A DNA stretch of 64,000 nucleotides from Candidatus Latescibacterota bacterium (GTDB lineage Bacteria > Latescibacterota > UBA2968). The position numbers and the translations under genes are program-made. Below are positions 28,713 through 38,334 of the stretch, piece after piece. Location: contig OZ242320.1 in NCBI GenBank assembly GCA_965208125.1, forward strand, positions 1,376,001-1,440,000, read 5' to 3'. Every line of letters starts with the position of its first letter. Position 1 is the stretch's first letter. Below the pieces are notes generated by a model that did no database searches, had not been told where the DNA came from, and saw only the letters and a program-made list of their open reading frames with translations.

Positions 28713-31565
28713 ATGATCAGGAACTACTTCATTCTACTTTGCTGCGCGGGTATCATAACTTCGTGTGCAACAACGCAGACAGAAGTTGAAACACCTCAAC
28801 CACCAGTTCCCCAACCACCATCACCCACCCTGCCCATCGATCCTGCTGTGCGAACGGGAAAACTGGCAAATGGGCTTCGCTATGTAATCCGGGAAAACAA
28901 ACGACCAGAGAACCGCGCCGAATTGCGCCTCGTAGTCAATGCGGGATCCATTCTGGAAGACAAAGACCAGCAGGGGCTGGCGCACTTTGCCGAACACATG
29001 GCATTTAATGGCACGGCCAATTTTCCCAAACAGGAAATTATCGATTTTCTCGAAAGCATAGGCATGCGCTTTGGCGCGCACTTAAATGCCTACACGAGTT
29101 TTGACGAGACCGTCTATATGCTTCGCGTGCCCACAGACAGCACCGAAGTAATGGAAAAGGCATTTCGCATTCTGGGCGACTGGGCGCATCGGGTAAAATT
29201 TGATCCCGAAGAAATTGAAAAAGAAAGAGGCGTGGTCATAGAAGAATGGCGTTCGGGGCGCGGAGCCGGAGCGCGCATGCGCGACAAACAATTGCCGGTC
29301 TTGCTCAAAGACTCGCGCTATGCCGAGCGTTTGCCCATCGGCCAAAAAGCATTGCTCGACACATTTAAGCACGAATCCCTCACGCGCTTTTATCGCGACT
29401 GGTATCGCCCCGACCTCATGGCAGTCATTGCAGTGGGAGACTTTGAAACAGACGCGATTGAAATCCTGATTAAAAAAACCTTTGAACCAATTCCAAAAGC
29501 AGAGAACCCGCGTGCCCGAACCGCCTATACGGTTCCCGACCACGGTGAAACCCTATTTGCAATTGCAACCGATCCGGAAAATTCCCGGTCTTCCATCTCT
29601 ATCTATTTCATGCAAGATGTCGCGCCCGAAGGAACAGTAGAAGATTATCGCAGCATGCTCATTCGCAACATGTTTAACAGCATGCTCAATCAGCGATTTA
29701 GCGAAATGACCAAAAAGCCCAATCCACCATTTTTGGGCGCGGGATCCAGCCGTGGCAACCTCGTCAGAACCAAAGCGGCGTACATCCTGGGTGCAGGCGT
29801 CAAAGAAGGGGGAATTGAACGCGGTTTGGAAGCCGTCTTAACAGAAGCCATTCGCGTCCAACGCCATGGATTTACGCAACCCGAAGTAGATCGCTTAAAA
29901 ACCAACATGTTGCGCAGCATCGAACAATCTTATCGCGAACGCGACAGACGCCGTTCGCGCGGTTTTGCATCGGAATACATCCGTCACATCTTGACGGGTG
30001 AACCCATTCCGGGCATTGAAATCGAACGCGATTTATTTCGTGAATTACTCCCCGGCATTCAAGTCGAAGAAATCAACCGCCTCGTCAGCGAATGGATCAC
30101 CGATAAAAACCGCGTCATCGTAGTCACCGCACCCGAAAAAGATGGCCTATCTGTACCTTCTGAAACTGACCTGCTGAACATAATCAACGCGGTACAACAA
30201 AAAGAGGTCGAACCCTATGTGGAAGATGTATCCGACGACCCCCTCATCTCACATATCCCAACGCCGGGCAAAGTCGTGCGCGAAACCACCATCGACACCT
30301 TTGGCGTCACTGAGTGGACATTGAGCAACGGGGTAAAAGTCGTCATGAAACCCACGGACTTCAAAAACGACGAAATCCTGTTCACATCCTTCAGTCCGGG
30401 CGGTCATTCTCTCTCAAGCGATGAAAACTACATGGCGGCATCCACAGCGACATCAGCTGTAATGGAAAGTGGCCTGGGCAAATTCAATCAAATTGAACTC
30501 AATAAAAAACTCGCCGGCAAGGTTGTGCGCGTGTCGCCCCGCATCAGCAGCCTCAGCGAAGGCGTATCGGGCAGCGCGTCTCCCGAAGACACAGAAACCA
30601 TGTTCCAACTCATCTATCTCATCTTTACAGAACCGCGTGCAGACTCTCTGGCATTTCAAGCACTTCTGGACCGCTATCGAGGCATATTGCAAAATCGGGA
30701 TATGAGACCAACGACAGCTTATTCCGATACGATTCAAGTTACCATGTCTCAATACCACGTCAGATCGCGCCCGCTATCAAACGAAATACTGGGGGAAATG
30801 GACCTGCAAAAATCGCTGGCATTTTACAAAGACCGATTTGCCGATGCCAGTGACTTCACATTCGTATTTGTCGGCAACTTTGAGCCAGAAAAAATAAAAC
30901 CGCTAATAGAAACCTATCTCGGCGGCTTGCCCGCACTCAACCGCGGAGAAACCTGGCGCGATACGGGCGTCAGAGCGCCAAAAGGCGTCATTGAAAAAAC
31001 CGTGAAACGGGGACAAGAACCCAAAAGTCAGACGCGTTTGATCTTCACCGGACCTTTTGATTACAACGATCGATTTAAGCGATATGTCATTGGCTCAATG
31101 GGCGATGTCTTGCAGATAAAACTTCGGGAAGTACTCCGAGAAGACGAGGGCGGCACGTACGGCGTTGGCGTGCGCACATCTCGCTCGCGTTGGCCCGAAG
31201 GCAGGTACAGCATATCAATCAGCTTTGGATGCGATCCCGAGCGGTTGGAAGAATTGACGCAACTCGTCTTTGCCCAAATTGACAGCATGAAACAAAAACC
31301 CGTCGATCAATCCTACATCGACAAAGTGACCGAAATGGATTTGCGGGGCAGGGAAACCAACAAAAAAGAAAACGGATACTGGCGCAATACGCTGAGTACG
31401 TATTACCAGAATGAGATCGACTTGATGGCGTGGCTGACATACGAAGACGAAGTCATCAAAAAACTCACAGCAGAACACGTACAAAAAGCGACGCAGCAAT
31501 ATTTCAACATGGAAAACTACGCGCGATTCGTCCTGTTACCCGAAGAAGGGATGGCGGAAAAATGA
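28713..31565 (+). CDS. M16 zinc protease (PqqL-like), lipoprotein
   Basis: HFAEH inverted zincin motif, NAYTSFDET; lipobox ITSC. Confidence 0.9.
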   Translation: MIRNYFILLCCAGIITSCATTQTEVETPQPPVPQPPSPTLPIDPAVRTGKLANGLRYVIRENKRPENRAELRLVVNAGSILEDKDQQGLAHFAEHMAFNGTANFPKQEIIDFLESIGMRFGAHLNAYTSFDETVYMLRVPTDSTEVMEKAFRILGDWAHRVKFDPEEIEKERGVVIEEWRSGRGAGARMRDKQLPVLLKDSRYAERLPIGQKALLDTFKHESLTRFYRDWYRPDLMAVIAVGDFETDAIEILIKKTFEPIPKAENPRARTAYTVPDHGETLFAIATDPENSRSSISIYFMQDVAPEGTVEDYRSMLIRNMFNSMLNQRFSEMTKKPNPPFLGAGSSRGNLVRTKAAYILGAGVKEGGIERGLEAVLTEAIRVQRHGFTQPEVDRLKTNMLRSIEQSYRERDRRRSRGFASEYIRHILTGEPIPGIEIERDLFRELLPGIQVEEINRLVSEWITDKNRVIVVTAPEKDGLSVPSETDLLNIINAVQQKEVEPYVEDVSDDPLISHIPTPGKVVRETTIDTFGVTEWTLSNGVKVVMKPTDFKNDEILFTSFSPGGHSLSSDENYMAASTATSAVMESGLGKFNQIELNKKLAGKVVRVSPRISSLSEGVSGSASPEDTETMFQLIYLIFTEPRADSLAFQALLDRYRGILQNRDMRPTTAYSDTIQVTMSQYHVRSRPLSNEILGEMDLQKSLAFYKDRFADASDFTFVFVGNFEPEKIKPLIETYLGGLPALNRGETWRDTGVRAPKGVIEKTVKRGQEPKSQTRLIFTGPFDYNDRFKRYVIGSMGDVLQIKLREVLREDEGGTYGVGVRTSRSRWPEGRYSISISFGCDPERLEELTQLVFAQIDSMKQKPVDQSYIDKVTEMDLRGRETNKKENGYWRNTLSTYYQNEIDLMAWLTYEDEVIKKLTAEHVQKATQQYFNMENYARFVLLPEEGMAEK

Positions 31566-32269
31566 CCATAGATGCTGAGATGAACCGCTTAAAAAACGCC
31601 ACCTATCCCGGTCGTGGCATTGTAATAGGACAAACTCCTGATACCTCTTGTATGGTTCAGATCTACTGGATCATGGGCCGCAGTCCCAGCAGCCGCAACC
31701 GCGTATTTGTGCGAGAAAGCGACGCGATAAAAACCGACACCGTGGATAAATCCCAGGATGTTGATCCACTAACCTTGTACTATCCCATCAAAGTATTGGG
31801 CGACGCGCATATCGTCACAAATGGCGACCAGACCGACACAATCGTCCATACCCTGCAAAACGGCGGCTCCTTTGAATCAGCCCTCAAAACCCGCACTTAT
31901 GAACCCGACGCCCCCAATTTTACACCGCGCATCTCAGGCCTTACCGACCTGGGTGATTCCCAGGCCTATCGACTATCAGTCTTAAAAACCGTTGGCGGCG
32001 ACGCGCGCTATTGTTCGCGCCAATTCTTCAATTATGAAACCGCAATCCCGGGCACAGGGCACTGTATCACAACATATACAGACGACGGCAACCCCCTGCC
32101 CTCATTCCAGGGAGAACCGTATCCCGTCGAATTATTCGACGACATACAGCAAACCGCCGATATATTCTGGAACCTGTTAGACGAAGACAATCGCGTCTCA
32201 CTACTCGTAAAATTCATCCACCCCGAGACCTCTGATCTGGTAATCGTGAACAAATACGGATCGAGATAA
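31562..32269 (+). CDS. IMP cyclohydrolase-like protein (PurO-like Ntn fold)
   Basis: YPGRGI, IMGRS..SRNR, TNGDQTD and EPDAPNFTPRISG motifs. Confidence 0.8.
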   Translation: MTIDAEMNRLKNATYPGRGIVIGQTPDTSCMVQIYWIMGRSPSSRNRVFVRESDAIKTDTVDKSQDVDPLTLYYPIKVLGDAHIVTNGDQTDTIVHTLQNGGSFESALKTRTYEPDAPNFTPRISGLTDLGDSQAYRLSVLKTVGGDARYCSRQFFNYETAIPGTGHCITTYTDDGNPLPSFQGEPYPVELFDDIQQTADIFWNLLDEDNRVSLLVKFIHPETSDLVIVNKYGSR

Positions 32270-32322
32270 AAGCAGGATGAAAGGATTTTCAGGATAAAAA
32301 ACCCGCAGGAAGGAGCACCTCC

Positions 32323-33423
32323 ATGGAACCAATCAAATACGGTATGTTCATCATGCCCTTTCACGCCCCGGACAAGCCATTGAGTCAGGGATTTGACGAG
32401 GATTTGGAACTCGTTGTCAAAGCAGAGGAACTGGGCTTTGATGAATTTTGGATCGGCGAACACCACACCATGAAATACGAAACCATTGTCACGCCCGAAA
32501 TTTTCATCGGACGCGCCCTGGGTGAGACCCAGCGAATCCGCCTGGGACCGGCACCGGTCTGTTTGAACCTGCACCACCCCGCCTATGTCGCCAGCCGTCT
32601 ATCTTTTTTGGATCACCTATCCAAAGGCCGACTCAATCTGTGCTTTGGCCCGGGCAGTGTCACCTCAGATCAGGAACTGTACGGCCTGGATCCCAAATCG
32701 GGCGGCGCAATGACCGGGGAAGCCATTGACGCCATCCTCAACTTGTGGGCATCGGATCCACCCTATGAGCACCGGGGGAAATACTGGCAGTTCCAACTCA
32801 AAGACAATATTGACGAAGAAACCCAGATCGGCTTCATCCACAAACCCTTTCAGCAACCCCACCCGCCCATTTCTATGCCGGGAATGAGCCGCAACTCACA
32901 CAGCATGCAAACAGCTGGCGAGCGCGGCTTCCAGCCCTTTTCCGCCTGCCTGATATCGGGCAACGTAGTAGCCGACAACTGGCAGATCTACGAACAGAGC
33001 GCCCTGCAAGCGGGACGGCAGCCGCAGCGGACCGACTGGAAAATCGCCCGCTCAATCTTTCTCGCCGACACCACGGCCGAAGCTGTGAAAAAGGCGCGGC
33101 ACAATTCCCTGGCAAAAAATTACGAATACATCGGGCGCCTATTCGACAGAGGCCTGGGGCGCCAGGTGTACAAACGCGATCTGGACATGCCCGACTCCGA
33201 GTGCAATCTGGACTATTTGATGACCGAACAGATCATCGCTGGCGATGTCGATGAAGCACTGCGCCGCTTGCTGGCTCTGTTCGAGGAAACCGGTCCCTTT
33301 GGCACGCTCGTACTAATGGGCTACGACTGGGACGACAAAGATAGTTGGATATACAGCATGGAATTGTTCGCCCGTGAACTAATGCCAGCTTTGAACAAAG
33401 CAGTGGGCGCAGTACCGGGCTAA
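32323..33423 (+). CDS. LLM class flavin-dependent oxidoreductase
   Basis: GFDEFWIGEHH, LDHLSKGR and PFQQPHPP motifs. Confidence 0.9.
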   Translation: MEPIKYGMFIMPFHAPDKPLSQGFDEDLELVVKAEELGFDEFWIGEHHTMKYETIVTPEIFIGRALGETQRIRLGPAPVCLNLHHPAYVASRLSFLDHLSKGRLNLCFGPGSVTSDQELYGLDPKSGGAMTGEAIDAILNLWASDPPYEHRGKYWQFQLKDNIDEETQIGFIHKPFQQPHPPISMPGMSRNSHSMQTAGERGFQPFSACLISGNVVADNWQIYEQSALQAGRQPQRTDWKIARSIFLADTTAEAVKKARHNSLAKNYEYIGRLFDRGLGRQVYKRDLDMPDSECNLDYLMTEQIIAGDVDEALRRLLALFEETGPFGTLVLMGYDWDDKDSWIYSMELFARELMPALNKAVGAVPG

Positions 33424-33509
33424 GAAGGCTGATAAAAATTTTCAGGATTAGAAACCCGTAGGATTGCCCGTGTACATTCAAGTCATACTTTCACACCAAA
33501 GGACAAAGC

Positions 33510-34523
33510 ATGCCTGAACCTAAACTCGGTCAACTTGAGTCTGTAGATATACGTAAAGTATGGCAGGACGAAGCACAAGACTTCACCCCTTGGCTCGCCA
33601 AAGAAGATAATCTCGCTCTCCTCTCCGAAACTCTTGATATGGAACTCGAGCTAGAAGCACAGGAAAAGTCTGTTGGTCCATTTCGAGCTGACATCTTGTG
33701 CAAAGACACTGCCAACGATTCTTGGGTGCTGATCGAGAATCAATTAGATAGAACAAATCATCGACATGTAGGACAGCTCATCACATACTCCGCCGGGTTG
33801 CAGGCGGTAACTATCATCTGGATCGCAGGTGCTTTCACTGATGAGCATCGTGCCGCACTCGATTGGCTAAACGAAATCACAAAAGACGACTTCAGGTTCT
33901 TCGGGCTGGAGATTGAGCTATGGAAAATTACCGATTCACCTGTGGCACCTAAATTTAATATCGTTTCGAAACCAAACGACTGGAGCCAATCCGTTAGACA
34001 AACTACACACGGTGGCGATCTATCTGAACGTGACATACTGTTGCAAAGTTACTGGTCAGCTCTCCGTGACCATCTGATCGCTAAGAACAGTCCCGTAAAG
34101 TCGCAGACTCCGAAAGCACAGCAGTGGGCTAATTTCGCTATCGGCACGAGTTCTTTTAATCTGCGTGCTTCCATAAGTACTCAAAAAGAGCAATTGCAAG
34201 TGGCATTGCTAATAGGAGGACCGGACTCAGAAGCCCACTTCAATCTGTTAGAGCAGGATCAACAAATAATCGAACAAGAGATCAAAGAAAGCCTTGATTG
34301 GCGATCTCGACCAGCCGGAAAAAAAAACGTAATATCCGTCTTCAAAACAAATGTAGACCCGTCCAATGAAGATGACAGGGACAATCAAATAAAGTGGATA
34401 GTTGACATGCTTGAACGCTTTAACTCAACATTTCGTCCGCTCGTCAAAGGTCTTGATGCATCAGAGTGGGTACCAGATAAAGACGAGTACGATGACGATC
34501 TGGAAGAAGAAAATGACAATTAA
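33510..34523 (+). CDS. DUF4268 protein with N-terminal PD-(D/E)XK-like (NucS-like) domain
   Basis: EAQDFTPWL, RADILC..VLIENQ and HVGQLITY motifs. Confidence 0.8.
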   Translation: MPEPKLGQLESVDIRKVWQDEAQDFTPWLAKEDNLALLSETLDMELELEAQEKSVGPFRADILCKDTANDSWVLIENQLDRTNHRHVGQLITYSAGLQAVTIIWIAGAFTDEHRAALDWLNEITKDDFRFFGLEIELWKITDSPVAPKFNIVSKPNDWSQSVRQTTHGGDLSERDILLQSYWSALRDHLIAKNSPVKSQTPKAQQWANFAIGTSSFNLRASISTQKEQLQVALLIGGPDSEAHFNLLEQDQQIIEQEIKESLDWRSRPAGKKNVISVFKTNVDPSNEDDRDNQIKWIVDMLERFNSTFRPLVKGLDASEWVPDKDEYDDDLEEENDN

Positions 34524-35220
34524 AGCATTGACATTTGACGTATTTGGCACAGTAGTTGATTGGCGCAGTTCGGTCATCCGCGACGGTGAGCGATTGGGCA
34601 AACGATTGGAATTGGACGTAGATTGGGCCGCATTTGCCGATGCGTGGCGCGGAGGCTATGGCCCATCCATGAACCGCGTGCGCACGGGCGAATTACCCTG
34701 GACAAAAATCGACGACCTGCACCGCATGATCCTGGACGAACTCCTGAAAAAATTCGGCATCTCGGGATTATCCGAAGAAGAAATCGCGGACTTCAATCGC
34801 GTCTGGCATCGCCTCGACCCCTGGCCCGATGCCGCAGGCGGCTTGTGGCGGTTAAAATCGCGGTACCTCATCGCCACACTATCCAACGGCAATGTATCGC
34901 TACTCGCCAACATGGCGAAATACGGCGGATTGCCCTGGGATTGCATCTTATCCGCTGAATTAGCCGGACATTACAAACCCGACGCCGAGACCTATTTGAA
35001 AGCCATCGAACTGCTCAGTTGTGAACCCCGGGAAGTCATGATGGTCGCCGCCCATCAGGGCGACCTGCACCACGCAGCGCGCGTCGGCATGAAAACGGCT
35101 TATGTATTCCGACCCTTTGAGCGGGGTCCCAACGCAAAAAAAGACTTACCTCCCGATTTAGACTTCGACATCATAGCACATGATTTTCACGACCTCGCCG
35201 ATCAACTGGGGTGTTATTGA
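34513..35220 (+). CDS. Haloacid dehalogenase type II
   Basis: FDVFGTVVDW, LSNGN, YKP and MVAAH motifs. Confidence 0.9.
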   Translation: MTIKALTFDVFGTVVDWRSSVIRDGERLGKRLELDVDWAAFADAWRGGYGPSMNRVRTGELPWTKIDDLHRMILDELLKKFGISGLSEEEIADFNRVWHRLDPWPDAAGGLWRLKSRYLIATLSNGNVSLLANMAKYGGLPWDCILSAELAGHYKPDAETYLKAIELLSCEPREVMMVAAHQGDLHHAARVGMKTAYVFRPFERGPNAKKDLPPDLDFDIIAHDFHDLADQLGCY

Positions 35221-35225
35221 CAAAC

Positions 35226-35954
35226 ATGAAACTCACCGATTTCAAAGTCCTGACATTTGATTGCTATGGCACGCTTATAGACTGGGAAACCGGGATGATC
35301 AAAGGACTGGAGCCGCTTCTATCAAAAATCGAACGAAAATTGTCGCGCAATGAAATCCTTCAAGCGCACGCGCGACACGAATCAACGCAACAAACCTGGA
35401 CACCGGGCATGCGCTATTCCGAACTCCTCGCCATCGTATATAAACGCCTCGCCGAAGAATGGGGCGTCGCCGTCACGCCCGATGAGTGCGCCGCTTATGG
35501 TCAATCGATAAAACAATGGCCGGCGTTCTCCGATTCTCCCGACGCGCTGCAATATCTGAAAAAGCACTACAAGCTCGTGATCCTATCCAACGTCGATAAC
35601 CACAGCTTCAAATACAGCAACGACCGTCTCGGTGTCGAGTTTGACGCCATATACACGGCTGAAGACATAGGATCGTATAAACCCGCGGACCGAAACTTCA
35701 AATACATGCTGGAACACCTGAAATCGCTCGGCATTGCAAAATCGGAAATACTACACACCGCAGAAAGCCTATTCCACGATCACATCCCAGCGAACAAAAA
35801 CGGACTCGCCTCCTGCTGGATCTACAGGCGCGTCAACGACGAAGGCTTCGGCGCAACCATAGACCCGGGCGCAATGCCAAACTACAATTTTCAATTCAAT
35901 AGTATGGCAGATCTCGTAAAAGCTCACCAAAAGGCTTTTTCAACGCTTTTTTAA
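35226..35954 (+). CDS. Haloacid dehalogenase type II-like HAD hydrolase
   Basis: FDCYGTLIDW, LSNVD, SYKP and HTAESLFHD motifs. Confidence 0.9.
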   Translation: MKLTDFKVLTFDCYGTLIDWETGMIKGLEPLLSKIERKLSRNEILQAHARHESTQQTWTPGMRYSELLAIVYKRLAEEWGVAVTPDECAAYGQSIKQWPAFSDSPDALQYLKKHYKLVILSNVDNHSFKYSNDRLGVEFDAIYTAEDIGSYKPADRNFKYMLEHLKSLGIAKSEILHTAESLFHDHIPANKNGLASCWIYRRVNDEGFGATIDPGAMPNYNFQFNSMADLVKAHQKAFSTLF

Positions 35955-35979
35955 CTCCCAATAATTTTAATAAGTGATC

Positions 35980-36267
35980 TCAAATAGGTGTCGCGTGCAA
36001 CCGAAAGCCCAATGCGTGTATAACCTTGAGCACCGTAGCAAAACCCGGATTGCCTTCAGGTGACAATGCTTTGTAAAGGCTTGTGCGTCCAAGACCTGTT
36101 TCACGGGCAATTTGGGTCATACCTTTGGCACAGGCGATATCGCCTAAGGCAGCAGTAATTAAATTGGGATCGCCATCCTCGAGTACGGCTTCGAGATATG
36201 CAGCGATATCTTCTTTAGTTTTCAGATGGGTCGCAGCATTCCAGGGATGTGTTTTCGTTTTTGCCAT
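35980..36267 (-). CDS. Addiction module antidote (HTH antitoxin)
   Basis: ALGDIA.AKGMTQIARETGL.R.SLYKALS..GNP motif. Confidence 0.9.
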   Translation of the reverse strand: MAKTKTHPWNAATHLKTKEDIAAYLEAVLEDGDPNLITAALGDIACAKGMTQIARETGLGRTSLYKALSPEGNPGFATVLKVIHALGFRLHATPI

Positions 36268-36280
36268 GATTATCTCCTCA

Positions 36281-36571
36281 TCATAAATTGCGCGCCAAAC
36301 TCTGTGCTGTTTTAATATCTTGATCTTGTGTTCTTTTGTCACCACCTGCAAGTAGAATTACCAGTGTTTGTTCCCGCTGCTTAAAATACACGCGATAGCC
36401 CGGACCATAGTTAATTCGCAACTCTGAGACACCTTGTCCAACAGGTTTTACATCACCAAAGTTCCCCAGCGAGAGACGCCGAATTCGGGTATTGATACGT
36501 GCTCGTGCATGCCGATCACGTAGCTTGTCGAACCATTGGATGTAAACATTTGTCTGACGAATTTCTATCAT
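36281..36571 (-). CDS. Addiction module killer protein (RelE/HigB-like toxin)
   Basis: GNFGDVKPVG.GVSELRI.YGPGYRVY and LLAGGDK motifs. Confidence 0.92.
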   Translation of the reverse strand: MIEIRQTNVYIQWFDKLRDRHARARINTRIRRLSLGNFGDVKPVGQGVSELRINYGPGYRVYFKQREQTLVILLAGGDKRTQDQDIKTAQSLARNL

Positions 36572-36632
36572 CTATTAAATGTATCTTATAGGATACAAAA
36601 AAACAAGGGATTTGAAAGACAAGGAGGATACG

Positions 36633-38051
36633 TTGGCACACCCACACTTCGACGAAGCAGACTGGATCGCACGCCTGGCTACCGCTTTGGAAACCGTCGC
36701 GGCAAATGCCCGCCCCTTAAACTTTCCACTTCCACCTGAGATAATGCGATCCGGCCCAATCCCAACCCACGAGTTTTATTCAGCTCTACATCGTGAATAC
36801 CGAGATCTCGCGGCACGGGCGAAATATGATCCGGAGGCCTTGCGCCAGTTTAATAAATCGTATCTCCATGTTAAAACGGACCCTACCGAAGCGAGAGCTA
36901 TCCTGCGGGAACACCCTCTGATAAAGTCGGGACTAAATGGCTCAGGCAAGGATGAAGGGATCCAATTCAGTATTCTCAACAACAGCTTCGGCTTAAGTCT
37001 GACATCGCTCGTGTCGTGGCTCGCAAAACTCTCCTTGAAGGAAGGCGGTGCAGAGGCTGCTCAACGCCTGCATCGCTTCCTGAGTGCTGGAGCAAATGCG
37101 AGCGCGCCAGCGCACGAGATCACAGTCTTCCACGGACTGGTTGTGAAGAGACGTATCGATCTTGGCAATGGAGCTTACATCGCCCCGTACGAGTACGCCA
37201 GGAGCGAGTTCGACCTTCCCGAAGAACCTGAGCCGTGGCCAAAGTCGAGTCATCCAAATGCGACTGTGATTGTACGCAGCCTCCGCTATGGGCCCTGTGT
37301 TGCGCCGTCAGACGATGGTCCCGGCCTTCCCCAAGGGCAAATCTTTTACCGTTTTCCGACCAACTACCAGATCAATCTTGAGCGTTGGTTCAACGACAGC
37401 AAACTACTCGTCGATCTGCTTTCAATCGCCGCGCGGGTCCCATTGCTTTCCCGCACTCTTTATGTCCGCCTACCCAAATGGACAAAAGAAATCACTCCTT
37501 ACTATGACGCCTTTGGCACTCGGGTCTCCGAGGGCTTCATGTCCGACGTGTGGCCGAAAGGCCGCGACCTGTCAAAGGATGACGTAGATACATTCGTAGC
37601 ACTATCCCGCGGCTGGGGCGCATATGCGGGCAAATTGGACGCCATGAACCTTGCGATTCGTCGGTTAGCCGGTTCCTTCTCTCGTCCAGGTGGACAGTTC
37701 GGTGAGGAAGACCGCATTATAGACGTTGCCATCGCGCTGGAAGTATTTTATGGAGGTACGGGCCGCAAGCTCGCGCTACGCGCTGCGGGATTAATTGGAG
37801 AAAATGCCGAGGAACAAAAGCGGATATACGATCAGGCGAAGCACTTCTATAAAGTACGATCAAATATCGTACACTCGAAGAAGTCAACGCCTGCGCGGGA
37901 TTTGCTCTATCGGGATTTACTCTATAAAGAGCTTGAGGATGGACGCGACCTGGCCTGCCGTACTCTCGCGAGCCTGCTCAAGCGCGACACGCCAGTTCAG
38001 TGGGCAGACGTGATGCGTTGTCTGCAACCTGAAACGCGAACTTATATATAG
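36633..38051 (+). CDS. Large HEPN (Apea-like) domain protein, putative RNase effector
   Basis: C-terminal IALE...YKVRSNIVH (RxxxxH); TTG start after AAGGAGG. Confidence 0.7.
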   Translation: MAHPHFDEADWIARLATALETVAANARPLNFPLPPEIMRSGPIPTHEFYSALHREYRDLAARAKYDPEALRQFNKSYLHVKTDPTEARAILREHPLIKSGLNGSGKDEGIQFSILNNSFGLSLTSLVSWLAKLSLKEGGAEAAQRLHRFLSAGANASAPAHEITVFHGLVVKRRIDLGNGAYIAPYEYARSEFDLPEEPEPWPKSSHPNATVIVRSLRYGPCVAPSDDGPGLPQGQIFYRFPTNYQINLERWFNDSKLLVDLLSIAARVPLLSRTLYVRLPKWTKEITPYYDAFGTRVSEGFMSDVWPKGRDLSKDDVDTFVALSRGWGAYAGKLDAMNLAIRRLAGSFSRPGGQFGEEDRIIDVAIALEVFYGGTGRKLALRAAGLIGENAEEQKRIYDQAKHFYKVRSNIVHSKKSTPARDLLYRDLLYKELEDGRDLACRTLASLLKRDTPVQWADVMRCLQPETRTYI

Positions 38052-38334
38052 GCTAAGTACCAGCAGGACAAGTGATGCTCCAGCGTCCGGACAGCGTCAA
38101 TGAAGAACTTACGTGCAATAAATGCTGGTTCAACACCATCCAACCCTACGAACCCTACATTACTGACACACCCAAATCATAAGCGACATAATTAGTTGTC
38201 AATGCCATCACAGAACTCCAGTTGAAGAGAGTCATTCTAAACTTGATTTTTAATTGTGTTCACACAGTTCAGTAGCTATTATGAAACGCGGTTGGAAAGT
38301 GTCGAGTATTTCATTTGTCAGAGAGGAAATAAAA

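Noticed and set aside
38049-38075. Stop-codon readthrough of the HEPN gene (TAG then AKYQQDK)
   Set aside because: Only seven extra codons and no recoding signal; cannot be supported
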